From assembly GCF_009914755.1 (NCBI RefSeq), contig NC_060929.1: DNA of 64,000 nt. One strand, written 5' to 3'. This document shows, piece after piece, positions 16,085 through 30,900 of this stretch. The position numbers were made by a program, and so were the translations under genes. The stretch comes from the human T2T-CHM13v2.0 reference genome, Homo sapiens. A model generated the notes under the pieces. It made no database searches. It was given only the letters and a program-made list of their open reading frames with translations, and was not told the DNA's origin. Within the stretch, counting starts at the first letter, position 1; each line of letters opens with the position of its first letter.

Positions 16085-17402
16085 AATCTTCTTGTAACTT
16101 TTATTTTAGGTTCAGGGGTATATGTGCAGGTTTCTTACGTGAGTACATTGCGTGTTGCTGGGGTTTGGTGTACAAATGACTTAGCCACCCAGGTAGTTAG
16201 CATAGTACCTGGCAAGTAGTTTTTTAATCTTTACCCTCCTCCCACCCTCCACCACCAAGTAAGTCTTGGTGCCTATTGTTCCCCTCTTCATGTCCATGTG
16301 TACTCAATGTTTAGTTCTCACTTATAAGTGAGAGCATACAGTATTTGGTTTTCTGTTTCTGCATCCATGTTGCTGCCTGTGACATGATTTCACTCTTTTT
16401 TATGGCTGTGTAGCATTCCATGGTGTATATGTACTACATTTGCTTTATCCAGTCCACTGTTGATGGGCACCTAGGTTGATTCTATGTCTTTGCTGTTGTG
16501 AAAAGTACTGTGATGAACATACACATGCATGTGTCTTTATGTTAGAATAATTTATATTCCTTTGAGTATAGATCAAGTAATGGGATTGCTGGGTAGTGCT
16601 GTTCAAATAGTAGTTCTGCTGGTAGTTCTCTGAGAAATCTCCAAACTGCTTTTCACAGTGGCTGAACTAATTCACCTTCCCATCAGCAGTTTATAAGCGT
16701 TCCCTTTTCTCTGCAACTTCGCCAGCATCTGTTATGTTTTTTACTTTTTAATAGCCATTCTGACCGCTATGAGATGGTATCTCATTGCGGTTTTGATTTG
16801 CATTTCTCTGATGATTAGTCATGTTGAGGATTTTTTCATATGCATGTTGGCCACTTGTATGTCTTCTTTTAAGAAGTGTCTGTTCATGTTCTTTGCTTAT
16901 TTTTTAATTTTTAAAGTTCTGGGATACATGTGCAGAACATGCAGGTTTGTTACATAGGTATACGTGTTCTTTGCCTATTTTTTAATGGGGTTGTTCTTTT
17001 CTTGTAAATTTAAGTTCCTCATAGATGCTGGATATTCGACAACTGTCAGATGCATAGTTTGCAAATATTGTCTCCCATTCTGTAGGTTGTCTGTTTACTC
17101 TGTTGATAGTTTCTTTTGCTGCGCAGAAGCTCTTTAGCTTAATTAGGTCCCACTTGTCAATTTTTTTGTTGTTGTTGAAATTGCTTTTGGAGTCTTCACA
17201 AAGAAATCTTTGTGAAGGCCTATGTCCAGAATGGTATTTACTAGATTTTCTTCCAGGGTTTTCATAGTTTTAGGTTTATGTTTAAGTGTTTAATCCATCT
17301 TAAGTTGATTTTTTTAATGTGGTGTAAGGAAAGGGTCCAGTTCCAATCTTCTGCATGTGGATAGCTAATTATCCCAACATCATTTATTGAACTGGGAGTC
17401 CT
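16085..17402 (-). mobile_element. L1PA15/16-like 3' portion
   Basis: 3'UTR 'ggttcaggggtatatgtgcagg...ttgcgtgttgctggggtttggtgtacaaatga' plus antisense ORF2 C-terminus. Confidence 0.85.
16909..16964 (-). mobile_element. ~56-bp L1PA7/8-like 3' terminal insertion
   Basis: 'aagttctgggatacatgtgcagaacatgcaggtttgttacataggtatacg' flanked by duplicated tgttctttgc[t/c]tattttttaat. Confidence 0.85.
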
Positions 17403-17404
17403 GT

Positions 17405-17590
17405 CTTTCTCCTGAAAACAGCATACTAAGCTTAATAATCAAAGGAGAAATAAAATCCTTTACAGGCAAGCAAACCCTAAGGAAATCCATTACCACCATA
17501 CCTGTCTTAAAAGAGGTCTTTAAGGGAGTGCTGAACATGAAAAAATAAGACTGTTATCTGCTACCACAAAAACAAACTTAAATACAAAGG
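17405..17590 (+). mobile_element. Older L1 ORF1 3'-end fragment
   Basis: 'aaggagaaataaaatcctttacaggcaagcaaaccctaaggaaatccattaccacc'. Confidence 0.7.
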
Positions 17591-17592
17591 TT

Positions 17593-18519
17593 AATCAATA
17601 AACGTAATCCATCATATAACAAAACCCATGTGATTATCTCAATAGATGCAGAAAAGGCCTTCAATAAAATTCAACACCCCTTCATGCTAAAAACTCTCAA
17701 TAAACTAGGTATTGATGGAATGTATCTCAAAATAATAAGATCTGTTTATGACAAATCCACAGCCAATATCATACTGAAGGGACAAAAGCTGGAAACATTA
17801 TCTTTGAAAACCAGCACAAGACAAGGATGCCCTCTCTCACTACTCCTATTCAACACAGTATTGGAAGTTCTGGCCAGGGCAATCAGGAAAGAGAAAGAAA
17901 GCGTATTCAAATAGGGAGAGAAGAAGTCATATTGCCTCTTTTTGCAGATGACATGATTGTATATTTAGAAAACCCCATCATCCCAGCCCCAAACTCCTTA
18001 AGCTAAAAAGCAACTTCAGCAAAGTCTCAGGATAGAAAATGAATGTGCAAAAATTACAAACATTCCTATACTACAATAATAGACAAACAGAGAGCCAAAT
18101 CATGAGTGAACTCCCATTCACAATCGCTACAAAGAGAATAATATATCTAGGAATCCAACTTACAAGGGATACGAAGGACCTCTTCAAGGAAAACTACAAA
18201 CCACTGCTCAACGAAATAAAAGAGGACACAAACAAATGGAAGAACATTCCATGCTCATGGATAGGAAGAATCAATATTGTGAAAATGGCCATACTGCCCA
18301 AAGTAATTTATAGATTCAATGCCATCCCCATCAAGCTACCATTGATCTTCTTTACAGAATTAGAAAAAACTACTTTAAGCTTCATGTGGAACCAAAAAGA
18401 GCCCATATAGCCAAGACAATCCTAAGCAAAAAGAACAAAGCTGGAGCATCACATTACCTGATTTCAAACTATATTACAAGGCTACAGTAACAAAAACAGC
18501 ATGGTACTGGTACCAAAAT

Positions 18520-18554
<35 letters not shown>

Positions 18555-19886
18555 AATGGAACAGAACAGAGGCCTCAGAAATAAAGCCACACATCTACAA
18601 TCATCTGATCTTTGACAAATCTGACAAAAACAAGCACTGGGGAAAGGATTCCCTATTTAATAAATGGTGCTGGGAAAACTGGCTAGCCATATGCAGAGAA
18701 CTGAAACTGGACCCCTTCCTTACACCTTATACAAAAATCAACTCAAGATGGATTAAAGACTTAAACGCAAGACCTAAAACCATGAAAACCCTAGAAGAAA
18801 ACCTAGGCAACACCATTCAGGACATAGGCATGGCCAAAGACTTCATGACTAAAACACCAAAAGCAAGGGCAACAGAAGCCAAAATTGACAAATGGAATCT
18901 AATTAAACTACAGAGCTTCTGTGCAGCAAAAGAAACTATCATCAGAGTGAACAGGCAACTTATAGAATGGGAGTAAACTTTTGCAGTCTATCTGACAAAG
19001 GGCTAATATCCAGAATTTACAAAGAACTTAAACAAATTTACAAGAAAAAAACAAGGAGTTGGTGAAGGATATGAACAGACACTTCTCAAAAGAAGATATT
19101 TATGCAGCAAACAAATATATGAAAACAAAGTTCATCATCATTCGTCATTAGAGAAATGCAAATCAAAACCACAATGAGATACCATCTCACTCCAGTTAGA
19201 ATGGCGATCATTAAAAAGTCAGGAAACAACAGGTGCTGGAGAGGATGTGGAGAAATAGGAACACTTTTACACTGTTGGTGGGAGTGTAAATTAGTTCAAC
19301 CATTGTGGAAGACAGTGTGGCGATTCCTTAACGATCTAGAACCAGAAATACCATTTGACCCAGCAATCCCATTACTGGATATATACCCAAAGGATTATAA
19401 ATCATTCTACTATAAAGACACGTGCACACGTATGTTTATTGCAGCACTGTTCACCATAGCAAAGACTTGGAACCACCCCAAATGCCCATCAATGATAGAC
19501 TGGATAAAGAAAATGTGGCACATATACACCATGGAATACTATGCAGCCATAAAACAGGATGAGTTCATGTCCTTTGCATGGACATGGATGAAGGTGAAAA
19601 CCATCATTCTCAGCAAATTAACACAGGAACAGAAAACCAAACAGCACACGTTCTCACTAATAAGTGGGAGCTGGACAGTGAGAATACATGGACATGGGGA
19701 GGGGAACATCACACACCAGGGCCTGTCACAGGATGGGAGACCAGGGCAGGGATAGCATTAGTAGATATACCTAATGTAGGTGATGGGTTGATAGGTACAG
19801 CAAACCACTATGGCACGTGTATACCTATGTAACAAATGTGTATGTTCTGCACATGTATCCCAGAACTTAAAGTATAATTTCAAAAA
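17593..19886 (+). mobile_element. 5'-truncated L1PA6/7-like LINE-1 (frameshifted ORF2; (TA)n at ~18522-18552)
   Basis: ORF2 RT fragments [19 protein letters not shown]-terminal frames and a 3'UTR. Confidence 0.93.
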
Positions 19887-20059
19887 AGAGAGAAGAAATG
19901 GAGAAGATAATGCTAAAATAAAATAAAATAAAAATACAAAGATTAAAATTAGAGGCAGATTGTGGCTGAGTATCAAGAAAGAATATACAAAAGAGAAAGA
20001 GTATTAATTCATAAGGTGTCTTCATCTCATTCAACTAAAGACAGAAATGAACCTCATGC

Positions 20060-20431
20060 TGTGGTAGACATTATCAGTGTTCACCAATGTTCAGATCTTC
20101 CTCCTCGACACAGAAAACTCTACTTCCTAGCAAATTTTTAATTCTGATCAATGTTATTAGTGGAACTGCTGGGTGCCTCTTCCAGGCAGAAACATTTAAT
20201 TACTGCTGTGAGACCCCCCAGAGTTCTGCTCTGCCATGTTGATCACATAAATATGATCATATGAGTTGGCAGTATCACAAGATGGGGTGCACCTTCATTC
20301 TGGGTCTCTGAGTGACTGTGAAGAGCAGAGACCTGCTGCTGGCCATCCTTGGGTGTGTTCTTGTTTCAAGCCACTGCAATTTGAGAATTATTTATTACAG
20401 CTCTATAACCCAACCTGCCTTGATTGATACA
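20060..20431 (+). mobile_element. MLT1I/J-like MaLR solo LTR
   Basis: Starts 'tgtggtagac'; ends 'aagccactgcaatttgaga...ttattacagc...ttgattgataca'. Confidence 0.65.
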
Positions 20432-20914
20432 AATATTTACTTAATTACCATAATAGTGGATGAAAGATCTTTTTGATGTCATCATTATGACCAGCAAAGT
20501 TAAGCTGGGAACTTAGTATTATCAGTTCAAATCTATAATAGTTCATGTACCTTAATATGTATTGTTCATTTTAAATAATATTCATATATATATAATATAC
20601 AGGTAGATAAAAGAAATGTTATAGATTATTTACCTAGACTAATAATTAGGGTTGTTTTGTTTGCTTTTTGGTTCCATATACTTTATTTTTAATGAGTAAT
20701 ATTTTTAAAAAATAGAGAGGATAGGGATAAAAATGTAAATTAATCCTTATCTAGTTAGTAACATGTATTCAGGGAGCAAAGGTGTTTTTCCTTTCTATTA
20801 GTAGAGTGAAGAAGATATTAAGTTAGCATACCATGCTTCTAAGCCGTAAGATTTGTCAGACAATGTAAGGATACATGCTTAGACTGAAACATTTAGCTAT
20901 TTTCTATTTGGCCT

Positions 20915-21330
20915 ATACAGATTCATTATGCCTCCTTTACACTCTGCTCTTACCCAAAAGGCTTCTGTGAATTTAAGCTTCTGGTTGGGTTCAGCCAATG
21001 GGGAAGCTCAAGCAAAAAAGTAAAGATGCAAGAAAATGAAGTGAGGATATTATTCCTCTGATTCCCTTCTTGGAGGGGTCACTTAAAACTGGCAGCATCC
21101 ATGAAGAGAAAGTCACTGGTTCTCTCAACCTGTTTCCTACCATCTATTCTCTGGCTTCTAGTAGCATCTCCCTTCCCTTGTTCCTTTCAGTGTAGGGGCA
21201 GTAAAATTCCACACCCTTAGCTCTGGATTCTTGCACTAACCTGTGGTTCTCCTATACCCACCAACATATTTGTAATTGATCCTTCATCAAATTTTCTAAT
21301 TTGTATATGTCACCTATTTCTTTAGAGTTC
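20915..21330 (+). mobile_element. LTR16-like ERVL LTR
   Basis: 'gcttctggttgggttcagccaatgggga', 'ttcctttcagtgtaggggcagtaa', 'tgcactaacctgtggttctcctatacc'. Confidence 0.6.
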
Positions 21331-21479
21331 TTTAGCTAAGAATCCTAACTGTGTCAGCTATCCTTTTGCTTACTAAACTAAAAGATTAATGAAGATAAAC
21401 AATTTTGCCTGAAATAGAGGCCATGTAAACAATCAATTGCAGTGAGTTTTTCCCTACATAATAGGAAATCACATGAATA

Positions 21480-21660
21480 TTTTTAAATACATATATATAC
21501 ATACCTACATCACACGTGTATGTACATATTATATATGCATATATACACGATATATGTATATATACAAATACATAATACACATTAACATGTGTATTATAGG
21601 CATATGTACAATATATTATATATTATGATATATTTATATGTATACTATGATGTGTATACA
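21480..21660. repeat. TA/CA-rich low-complexity tract
   Basis: Degenerate (TA)n/(TACA)n seen directly. Confidence 0.85.
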
Positions 21661-21899
21661 TAAAGTTAACAACACAAATGCTGATATGAAGTCAATAAAT
21701 CTTACGTCACATGATAAAGGAAAAAAGGAAACGAAGATATTTTCTTAGTAGAAGTGTATACATGCACAAACCTGTTTTTAACAAAAAGAGAAGGAAATAC
21801 TCATGACAATTACAATCACGTGGTCGTAGCTGGTATTAATGACTACCTTCTTCTACTACCCATTCTGTATTCTCTGCCTTCAGCAAGCACTTCAGCAGG

Positions 21900-22699
<800 letters not shown>

Positions 22700-22700
<1 letters not shown>

Positions 22701-25600
22701 GCTATGGGAGAAACAGTATCATATATTGGAAGCTGATTCAGAGCACACAGCCTCCTGGAGAACTTTGCCCCAGCCCTGCAGAGTATTGTCACCTAGTTGG
22801 TGTTGTAATTGTGACTTCAAAAGGCCATTCCACAATTCCATCAATCCAGCTGCTTTAGGATGATGGGGAATATGGTGAGACCAGTGAATTCCATTAGCAT
22901 GAGCCCATTGCTACACTTTTTTAGCCATAAAGTGAGTGCTTTAGTCAGAGGCAATGCTGTGTGGAATAACATGACAGTGGATAAGGCATTTTGTGAGTCC
23001 ACAGATGGTAGTCTTGGCAGAAGCTCTGCATGCAGGATAGGTGGACCCATATCCGGAATAAATGTCTAGTCCAGTGAAGACAAACTGCTGCCCTTTCCAT
23101 AATAGAAGTAGTCCAATATATCAACCTGCCACCAAGTAGCTGGCTGATCACCCCGAGGAATGGTGCCATATCGAGGGCTCAGTGCTCGTCTCTGCTGCTG
23201 GCAAATTGGACACTCAGCAGTGGCCTTAGCCACGTCAGCCTTGGTGAGTGGAAGTCCATGTTGCTGAGCACATGTGTAACCTCCATCCCTGCCACCATGG
23301 CCACTTTGATCATGGGCCTATTGGGTCATGACAAGGGTGGCTGGTGAAAGAGGCTGAGTGGTGTCCACAGAACGAGTCATCCTAACCACTTGATTATTAA
23401 AATCCTCTTCTGCTGAGGTCATACAAATATCTTCACAGTTTTGGGCCACTCAGAGAAGTCCATCTACATACCTCTTCCCCAAATTTCTTTGTCACCAATT
23501 TTTCAATCATACTTCTTCCAAGTGCCTGACCATCCAGACAAACCATTGGCTACAGCCCAGCAATCAGTATATAATCACATATCTGGCCATTTCTCCTTCC
23601 ATGCAAAGTGTACAACCAGGTGCACTGCTCAAAGTTCTGCCCACTGGGAAGATTTTCCTTCACTGCTGTCCTTCAGGGATGTCCTGTAAAGGTGCTGTGG
23701 TGCTGGAGCTGTCCACTTTGGGGTGGTGCCTGCATATTGTGCAGAACCATCTGTGAACCAGGCCCTAGTCTTCTCTTCCTCTGTCAACTGATCATAGGGA
23801 ACTCCCCAGGAGACCATCAGTGCAGGCTTGGGGAGAGAAGGCAGGGTGGCAGGAGAGGAGACCATGGGCATTTGAACCACTTCCTCATTAACTTATTTGT
23901 GCCTTCAGGACCTCCTCAAACCCAATCACATATACACCACTTCCATTTTACGATGAAATGCTGCTGTGCATGCCCTACTTCATGGCAAGATGGGTCAGAA
24001 ACCACACAGTTCATAATAGGAAGTTCAGGATGCATGGTGACTTGATGACCTGTAGTCAAATATTCAGTTTCCATCAAAGCCCAGTAACAGGCCAAGAGCT
24101 TTGTCTCAAAAGGAGAGTAGTTATTTGCAGAAGATGGCAGGGCCTTGCTCCAAAATCCTAGAGGCCTCTGCTGTGATTCACCTATGGGGGCCTGCCAGAG
24201 GCTCCAAACAGCATCTTTATCTGCCACTGACACCTCAGGCATCATTGGATCTGCCGGGTCAAATGGCCCAAGTGGCAGAGCAGCTTGCACAGCAGCCTGG
24301 ACCTGTTGCAGAGCCTTCTCCTGTTCTGGACCCCACTCAAAACTGGCAGCCTTTGAGTCACTTGATAAATGGGCCAGAATAACACACCCAAATGACAAAT
24401 ATGTTGCCTCCAAAATCCAAACAGGCCCACTAGGCATTGTGCCTCTTTCTTGATTGTAGAAGGGGCCAAATGCAGCAACTTATCCTTCACCTTAGAAGGA
24501 ATATCTTGACAGGCCCCAAACCACTGGACCCCTAGAAATTTTACTGAGGTAGAAGGTCCCTGAATTTTACTCAGATTTATTTCTCATCATCTGGCATGTA
24601 AACATCTCACCAATAAGTCCAGTTTGTTTGCTACTTCTCACTCACTGGACCCAATTAGCATAATATGATCAATGTAATGGACCAGTGTGGTATCTTGCGG
24701 AAGTGAAAAGCGATCAAGGTCTCTCTGAATAAGATTATGACACAAAGACGGAGAGTTGATATACTCCTGAGGTAGGATGATAAAGGTATATTCCTCACCC
24801 TGCCAGCTGAAGGCAAATTGCTTCTCGTGCACCTTATGGACAGGAATGGAGAAAAAGGCATTTGCCAAATCAATAGCTGTATACAAGGTACCAGGAGATG
24901 TCTTAATTTGCTTAAGCAATAAAACCACATCTGGTACAGCAACTGCAATTGGAGTCACCCCTCGGTTAAGCTGACAACAATCCATGGTCATTCTGAAAGA
25001 TCCATCTGTCTTTTCCATGGGCCAAATAGAGTTGAATGGGGATGTGGTGGGAATCCCCACCCCTGCATCTTTCAAGTCCTTGATGGTGGCACTGATCTCT
25101 GTGATTCCTCCAGGGATGCAATATTGTTTTTGATTTACTATTTTTCTAGGTAGAGGCAGCTCTGATGGCTTCCATTTGGCCTTTCCCACCATAATAGCCC
25201 TCATCCTACTAGTTGGGGAGCCAATATGGGGTTTGTACTAACTGCTAAGTATGTCTATACAAATAATGCATTATGGCACTGAGGAAATGACCACAGGATT
25301 AGTCCAGAGACCCACTGGACCCACATTAAGTCAGACCTGAGCTAAAACTCCAATTAATTACCTGACCTCTAAAAGCCCCTACTTTAACTGGAGGACCACA
25401 ATGGTGTTTTGGGTCCCCTGGAATAAACATCAGCTCAGAGCCAGTGTCCAGTAGTCCCTGAAATGTCTGATCATTTCCCTTTCCCCAGTGCACAGTTACC
25501 GTGGTAAAAGGCCGGAGGTCTCCTTGGGGAAAGATGGGACAAAGATTCACTGCATAAATTGTCAATAATGTAGTGAGGTCCTTCCTCAAGGGGACCCCGC
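22700..25600 (-). pseudogene. HERV-L pro-pol remnant (protease, RT, RNase H, integrase), frameshifted
   Basis: Protease LLDTGSE; RT AIDLANAFFSIP and LVHYIDHIML (YIDD changed to YIDH); RNase H AWFTDGSA..SSQWAEL. Confidence 0.88.
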
Positions 25601-27344
25601 CTCCCCTTCATTCAAGGCTTCTTGTCTGTAAACTGGCTCAAGTCTGGAAACTGATTGAGGGGCTGTGATTCTCTGTTTTTATAATTCAAATTAGTTTGTT
25701 GCCCATTCAACCTGGAAGTTTGCTGCTTATAAAAATTAAATAAGAATGCAGTAGGCTTCCTATCAATTTCACTTCTAGGAAAACTGATTTATTAGCCAAT
25801 GCCAGAGCTCTACATGAGAAAACTGATTTATTGGCCAAAGCCAGAGCTCTACATGAGTCAGACTATTCTGATGGCTGCTTTGCCTCTGCTGTCTATTATA
25901 GTAGCTACACCCACCTTGCCTTTGAAGGTTGAGTGCCACCACTTGCCACTTGGCCCCTGGCACCTCAGGATCAGTTATTCCTATTGCATTTAAATTTTGT
26001 AGTTGCGTGACTGCAGTTCCTACTGTAATATCTGGCATACAGAGAAGAGCAATCACAGAGCTCTTCAAGGATGCAGGTGCTCCCCTCACAGATCTGTTTC
26101 ACAAAGTATTGGTAAAGGATATATCTTTTGGACTCTCCCATCTGGGATAAGTAGGTCAAAAGTGACTAATCCAGTCTGGCATCCCTATCCCTCAAGCCTT
26201 TAGATCCCTTCTTCTACAGTAAACAAAAAGAGATTAGGCATATCCAGCTCACTCACAATGGGCCATCTTTTAATCCATATTTCAGCTAAGCAAGTAAGCA
26301 AACTATTAGAACCTTTTTTTAACTCCCCAAGCTGCAAAATTAAATGCAGAATCCCTGCTTAGTGGGCCCAAATCAATAAATTCAGGCTGATCCACCTCTG
26401 TTCCTCCCACCATTATTGCACACCCTTAATATTCATTCCCATGCCTGTTCGCCAGATTTATGCTTATACAAATTAGAAAATTCAAGTAGTTCTTTTTGAG
26501 TGTAGCTGACCTCCTCATGGGTTACACTCTGAACCTCATCTCTAAGGGCCTGCTGGGACTTTAGTCTAGTTATAGGTCTAAAAGCAAACAGGGGTGTGGG
26601 GGTGGATCCTGAAGAGAATCAACATTGTCTTGCCTGGCAACTGCCTTGGGGGAGGCCATCACTGTTGCCTCAGACAGTGTACGGTTTATCTCTTCAGACA
26701 ATGGTGGAAAAGCTGATGGCAGCATGGGTCAGGGAGAGGATGTTGCCACTACTGAGAATGTGGAAGCTGTTTCTTCTGGCAAAAAAAGGTTCATTACAGT
26801 CTATAAGCTCAGTGTCCCCAGCTTCATTGGGGTCCTCTCACACATCCCCATTCCAAGTTGCTGGGTCCCATTTTTTTCTGATCAATGCCCTCACTTTAAC
26901 AGTAGACACCTGGCAAGGCTGTGCACACACCTTTCATGGCAGGTCAGCCACTCTCATGATAAGAGCCTGTATCTGATTTTCCACAATTCTAGCTCTTTCT
27001 CTACAGGAGATAAGATCCTCACTCAGGGCAATCTTGGAAGATTTGAGACTCAGTATCTGCTTCTGAGGCAGGGAGTTAGAATCCCTGAGTTCATCATTTC
27101 CTTTCTTCACTTTGTCCAGTGAACTCAGGAGCAACCAACCAACTTCATTATGTTCCCTGGTTCTCCGCATATGGTAAAAGGTATTATGTATAGAGTCACT
27201 AAACTCCTTGCCTCTGATGATTAGTGAATCACAAGTGTCAAATGCATTTATTTTGCATAACTCTCTAAAGAGTTCATGCCAAGGACTATCAACGTTCTCC
27301 ATACTATTAGGAGTCAAGTCCTTAGCATCTTTGGGTCTAATCAC
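25600..27344 (-). pseudogene. HERV-L gag remnant
   Basis: ORFs 26934..27344 (SPWHELFRELCKINAFD..EVGWLLLSSLD) and 25775..26089 (RGAPASLKSSVIALL). Confidence 0.8.
25779..25856. repeat. 39-bp tandem duplication within gag
   Basis: gaaaactgatttatt[a/g]gccaa[t/a]gccagagctctacatga x2. Confidence 0.9.
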
Positions 27345-27436
27345 ATTAAGCAGCTAACTCCAGAAACCCCAAAACCAATCAAAGAACTCCACCCTTAATA
27401 TTCTGTTCCTCCAGAATCACTCCTAGTTTCAAATTC

Positions 27437-27881
27437 TGTATTAGTCAGAGTTCTCCATATCGACAGAACTAATGAGACAGATGTATATATATAAGGAGAG
27501 TTTATTAAGGACTATTAACTCACACAATCACAAGGTCCCACAATAGGCCATCTGCAAGCTGAGGAGCAAGGAAGCCAGTATGAGGCCAAAAGGTCAAGAA
27601 CTTGTAGTCCAATGTTAGAGGGCAGGAAGCATCCAGCAAGGGAGAAAGATGTAGGCTGGGAGGCTAAGCCAGTCTAGTCTTTTCATGTTCTTCCTGCTTT
27701 TATTCTGGACTTGCTGGCAGCTGATTAGATTGTGCCCACCCAGATTAAGGGTGGGTCTGCCTTTCCTAGTCCACTGACTCAAATGTTACTCTCCTTTGGC
27801 AACATCTTCATAGACACACCCAGGAATAATACTTTGCATCCTTCAATCCAATCAAGTTGACACTCAGTATTAACCATCACA
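27437..27881 (-). mobile_element. MLT2A LTR (5' LTR of HERV-L)
   Basis: Plus strand 'tgtattagtcagagttctc...tcaagttgacactcagtattaaccatcaca'. Confidence 0.9.
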
Positions 27882-27964
27882 CCACTACACCCATCTTATG
27901 AGAAGTGGGTCATTTCTGACCCATTTCAGATTAAAGGGAGTTTTTTAATCTGAAAGAAAATGAT

Positions 27965-28625
<661 letters not shown>

Positions 28626-28633
28626 TTTGTTTG

Positions 28634-28691
28634 GTTTTTTTGAGATGGAGTCTCTCTCTGTCATCAGGCTGGAGTGCAGTGGTGCGATCTC
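28634..28691 (-). mobile_element. Alu 3' fragment (AluSc-like)
   Basis: 'tttttgagatggagtctctctctgtcatcaggctggagtgcagtggtgcgatctc'. Confidence 0.8.
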
Positions 28692-29079
28692 CCCCTAGTA
28701 CTTCCCCAGAACTAGGGGGTGACACAGCCTGGTTTACAACTGACCCAGGGTGAGAAGAGTGCTGCAGTGGGAGCAGGCACACATCCACAAATGGCAAGCA
28801 TGAGCACTGCCTGCAGAGGAACCTACTCCACAAGAAATTCTGGGAGTTGGCAACAGGGGCCAGACCCAAGAGGAAGCCCAAAACCCTCAGCAAGAGAAGT
28901 ATCACTTGAGGGAGAGGCCAAGATGGTTGACTAGAAGCAGCTAGTGTGCATGACTCTCATGAAGAGGAATGGAACAAGTGAGTAAATACAATACCTTCAA
29001 CAGAAACATCCAGGTACTCACACTGGGAATAATCAAGCAAACAACTTGACCCATGGAGAATGAAGAAAAGCAAGACAGC

Positions 29080-29393
<314 letters not shown>

Positions 29394-29869
29394 GAGGCAG
29401 AACAACAGCCCATCTGGGAGCAACCCAGAGCCAGGGGAACCTCCCCCACCCAAAGAAGCAATGAGTGAACATGTGACCCCGGGAAACCATGCTTCTCCTA
29501 TGGATCTTTGCAACCCTAGGGTCAGGAGAGCTCCTTGTGAACCCACACCGCAAGGGCCTTCAGTCTAACAGACAGATCTATGTGGAGTCTCGGCAGAGCA
29601 GCTGCTCAGGCATGTTTGGAGACCCTGGAGCCTTAGATACTCAGGCTGTCCAGGAAAAGTAGCTGCAGCTCTGGCTAAGTGTGAGTTTAGACCCCCATAT
29701 ATACCCCTAGGAAAAATGCTAAATCCAGCGGGCTGAGCTGTGACAGTCTGTAGGCCCCACTTGCATGGCACCTCACAAGATAAGACCCACTGGCTTGGAA
29801 TCCCAGCCAGCCACTGGTAGCGACATTGTACCTCCCTAAGAAGGAGCCCCTAGGGGGATTGGGGGAGGG

Positions 29870-30900
29870 GGCGGGCTGCCATCTTTGCTGTTTAGGTGCC
29901 TTAGCTGTTCCAGTCTTCAGGCTTTGAAGATTCTGAGTAGACCAGGGGCAGAAGGTAACTCACAGCACAGCTGCTCTATCAAAACATGGCCAGACTGCTG
30001 CTTTAAGCAGGTGCCCAATTCCATTCCTCCTCACTGGGAGGGACCTCCCAACCGGGGCCTCCAGCCATGCCTGTCGGTGTTCTCCGGTCAACAAAGAGTT
30101 GAATTCTCTCTGGGACAGTGCTCCCAGAGGGAGGGGTGGGCTGCCATCTTTGTTGTTTCTGCAACTTAGCTGTTTCAGCCTTCAGGCATTGGAGAGTCTG
30201 AGCCGACTGGGGAGAAAAGGGATGCCCCAGCACAGCATAGTTGCTCTACAAAAACGTGGCCAGACTGCTGCTTTAAGTAGGTCCTGGATCCCATTCTTCC
30301 TCGCTGGGCAGGACCTCCCAAGTGGGACCTCCAGCCACCCTGTCAGTGTTCTCCAGCCAACAAATATTTGTAAGCTTCCTGGGACAGAGCTGCTAGAGTA
30401 AGAGGCTGGTCATTACTTTTACTGTTTGGGTGACTCAGTCATTCCAGCCTTTGGGCTTTAGAGTGTCTGAGGTGACCAGGTGCTGAAGTGAACCCCCAGC
30501 CCAGCACAGCTGCTCTATCAAAAGGTGGCCAGACTGCTTCTTTAAGTGGGTCCCTGATCCTGTTCCTCCTCACTGGGTGGGACTTCCCAAATGGGGTCTC
30601 CAGTCACATCCTATTGGTTCCTTTGGGCCAGCAACAGGCCTATACCTCCCTGGGAAAAAGCTCCCACAGGAAGGTGCAAGCTGGCATCTTTGCCATTTTG
30701 CAGACTTCACTGGTGATACTTCCAGGTTCTAGAAAATCCAAGGCAACTACGGACTGGAGTGGGCCCTAAGCATTTCACAGCAGCCCTACGGAAAAGTGGC
30801 CAGATGGTTACATGGGTGTCTGTTTCCGTATTTCCTCATCTGGCAGGTCCTCCAGGCCTGGGCCTCCAGCCACACCCAACCAGAGCTATTAAGCCAGTAG
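29870..30900 (+). repeat. ~270-bp tandem units (about 4) in the L1 5'UTR
   Basis: 'tggccaga' anchor recurs at 29987, 30257, 30526 and 30797. Confidence 0.85.

Noticed and set aside
24638-25204. Reverse transcriptase ORF as a functional or domesticated gene
   Set aside because: Catalytic YIDD is changed to YIDH, and the surrounding pol is broken by stops and frameshifts.
29870-30900. Regularly spaced repeats as a CRISPR-like array
   Set aside because: Whole 270-bp units are homologous with no unique spacers; this is a eukaryotic L1 5'UTR and no cas genes are present.
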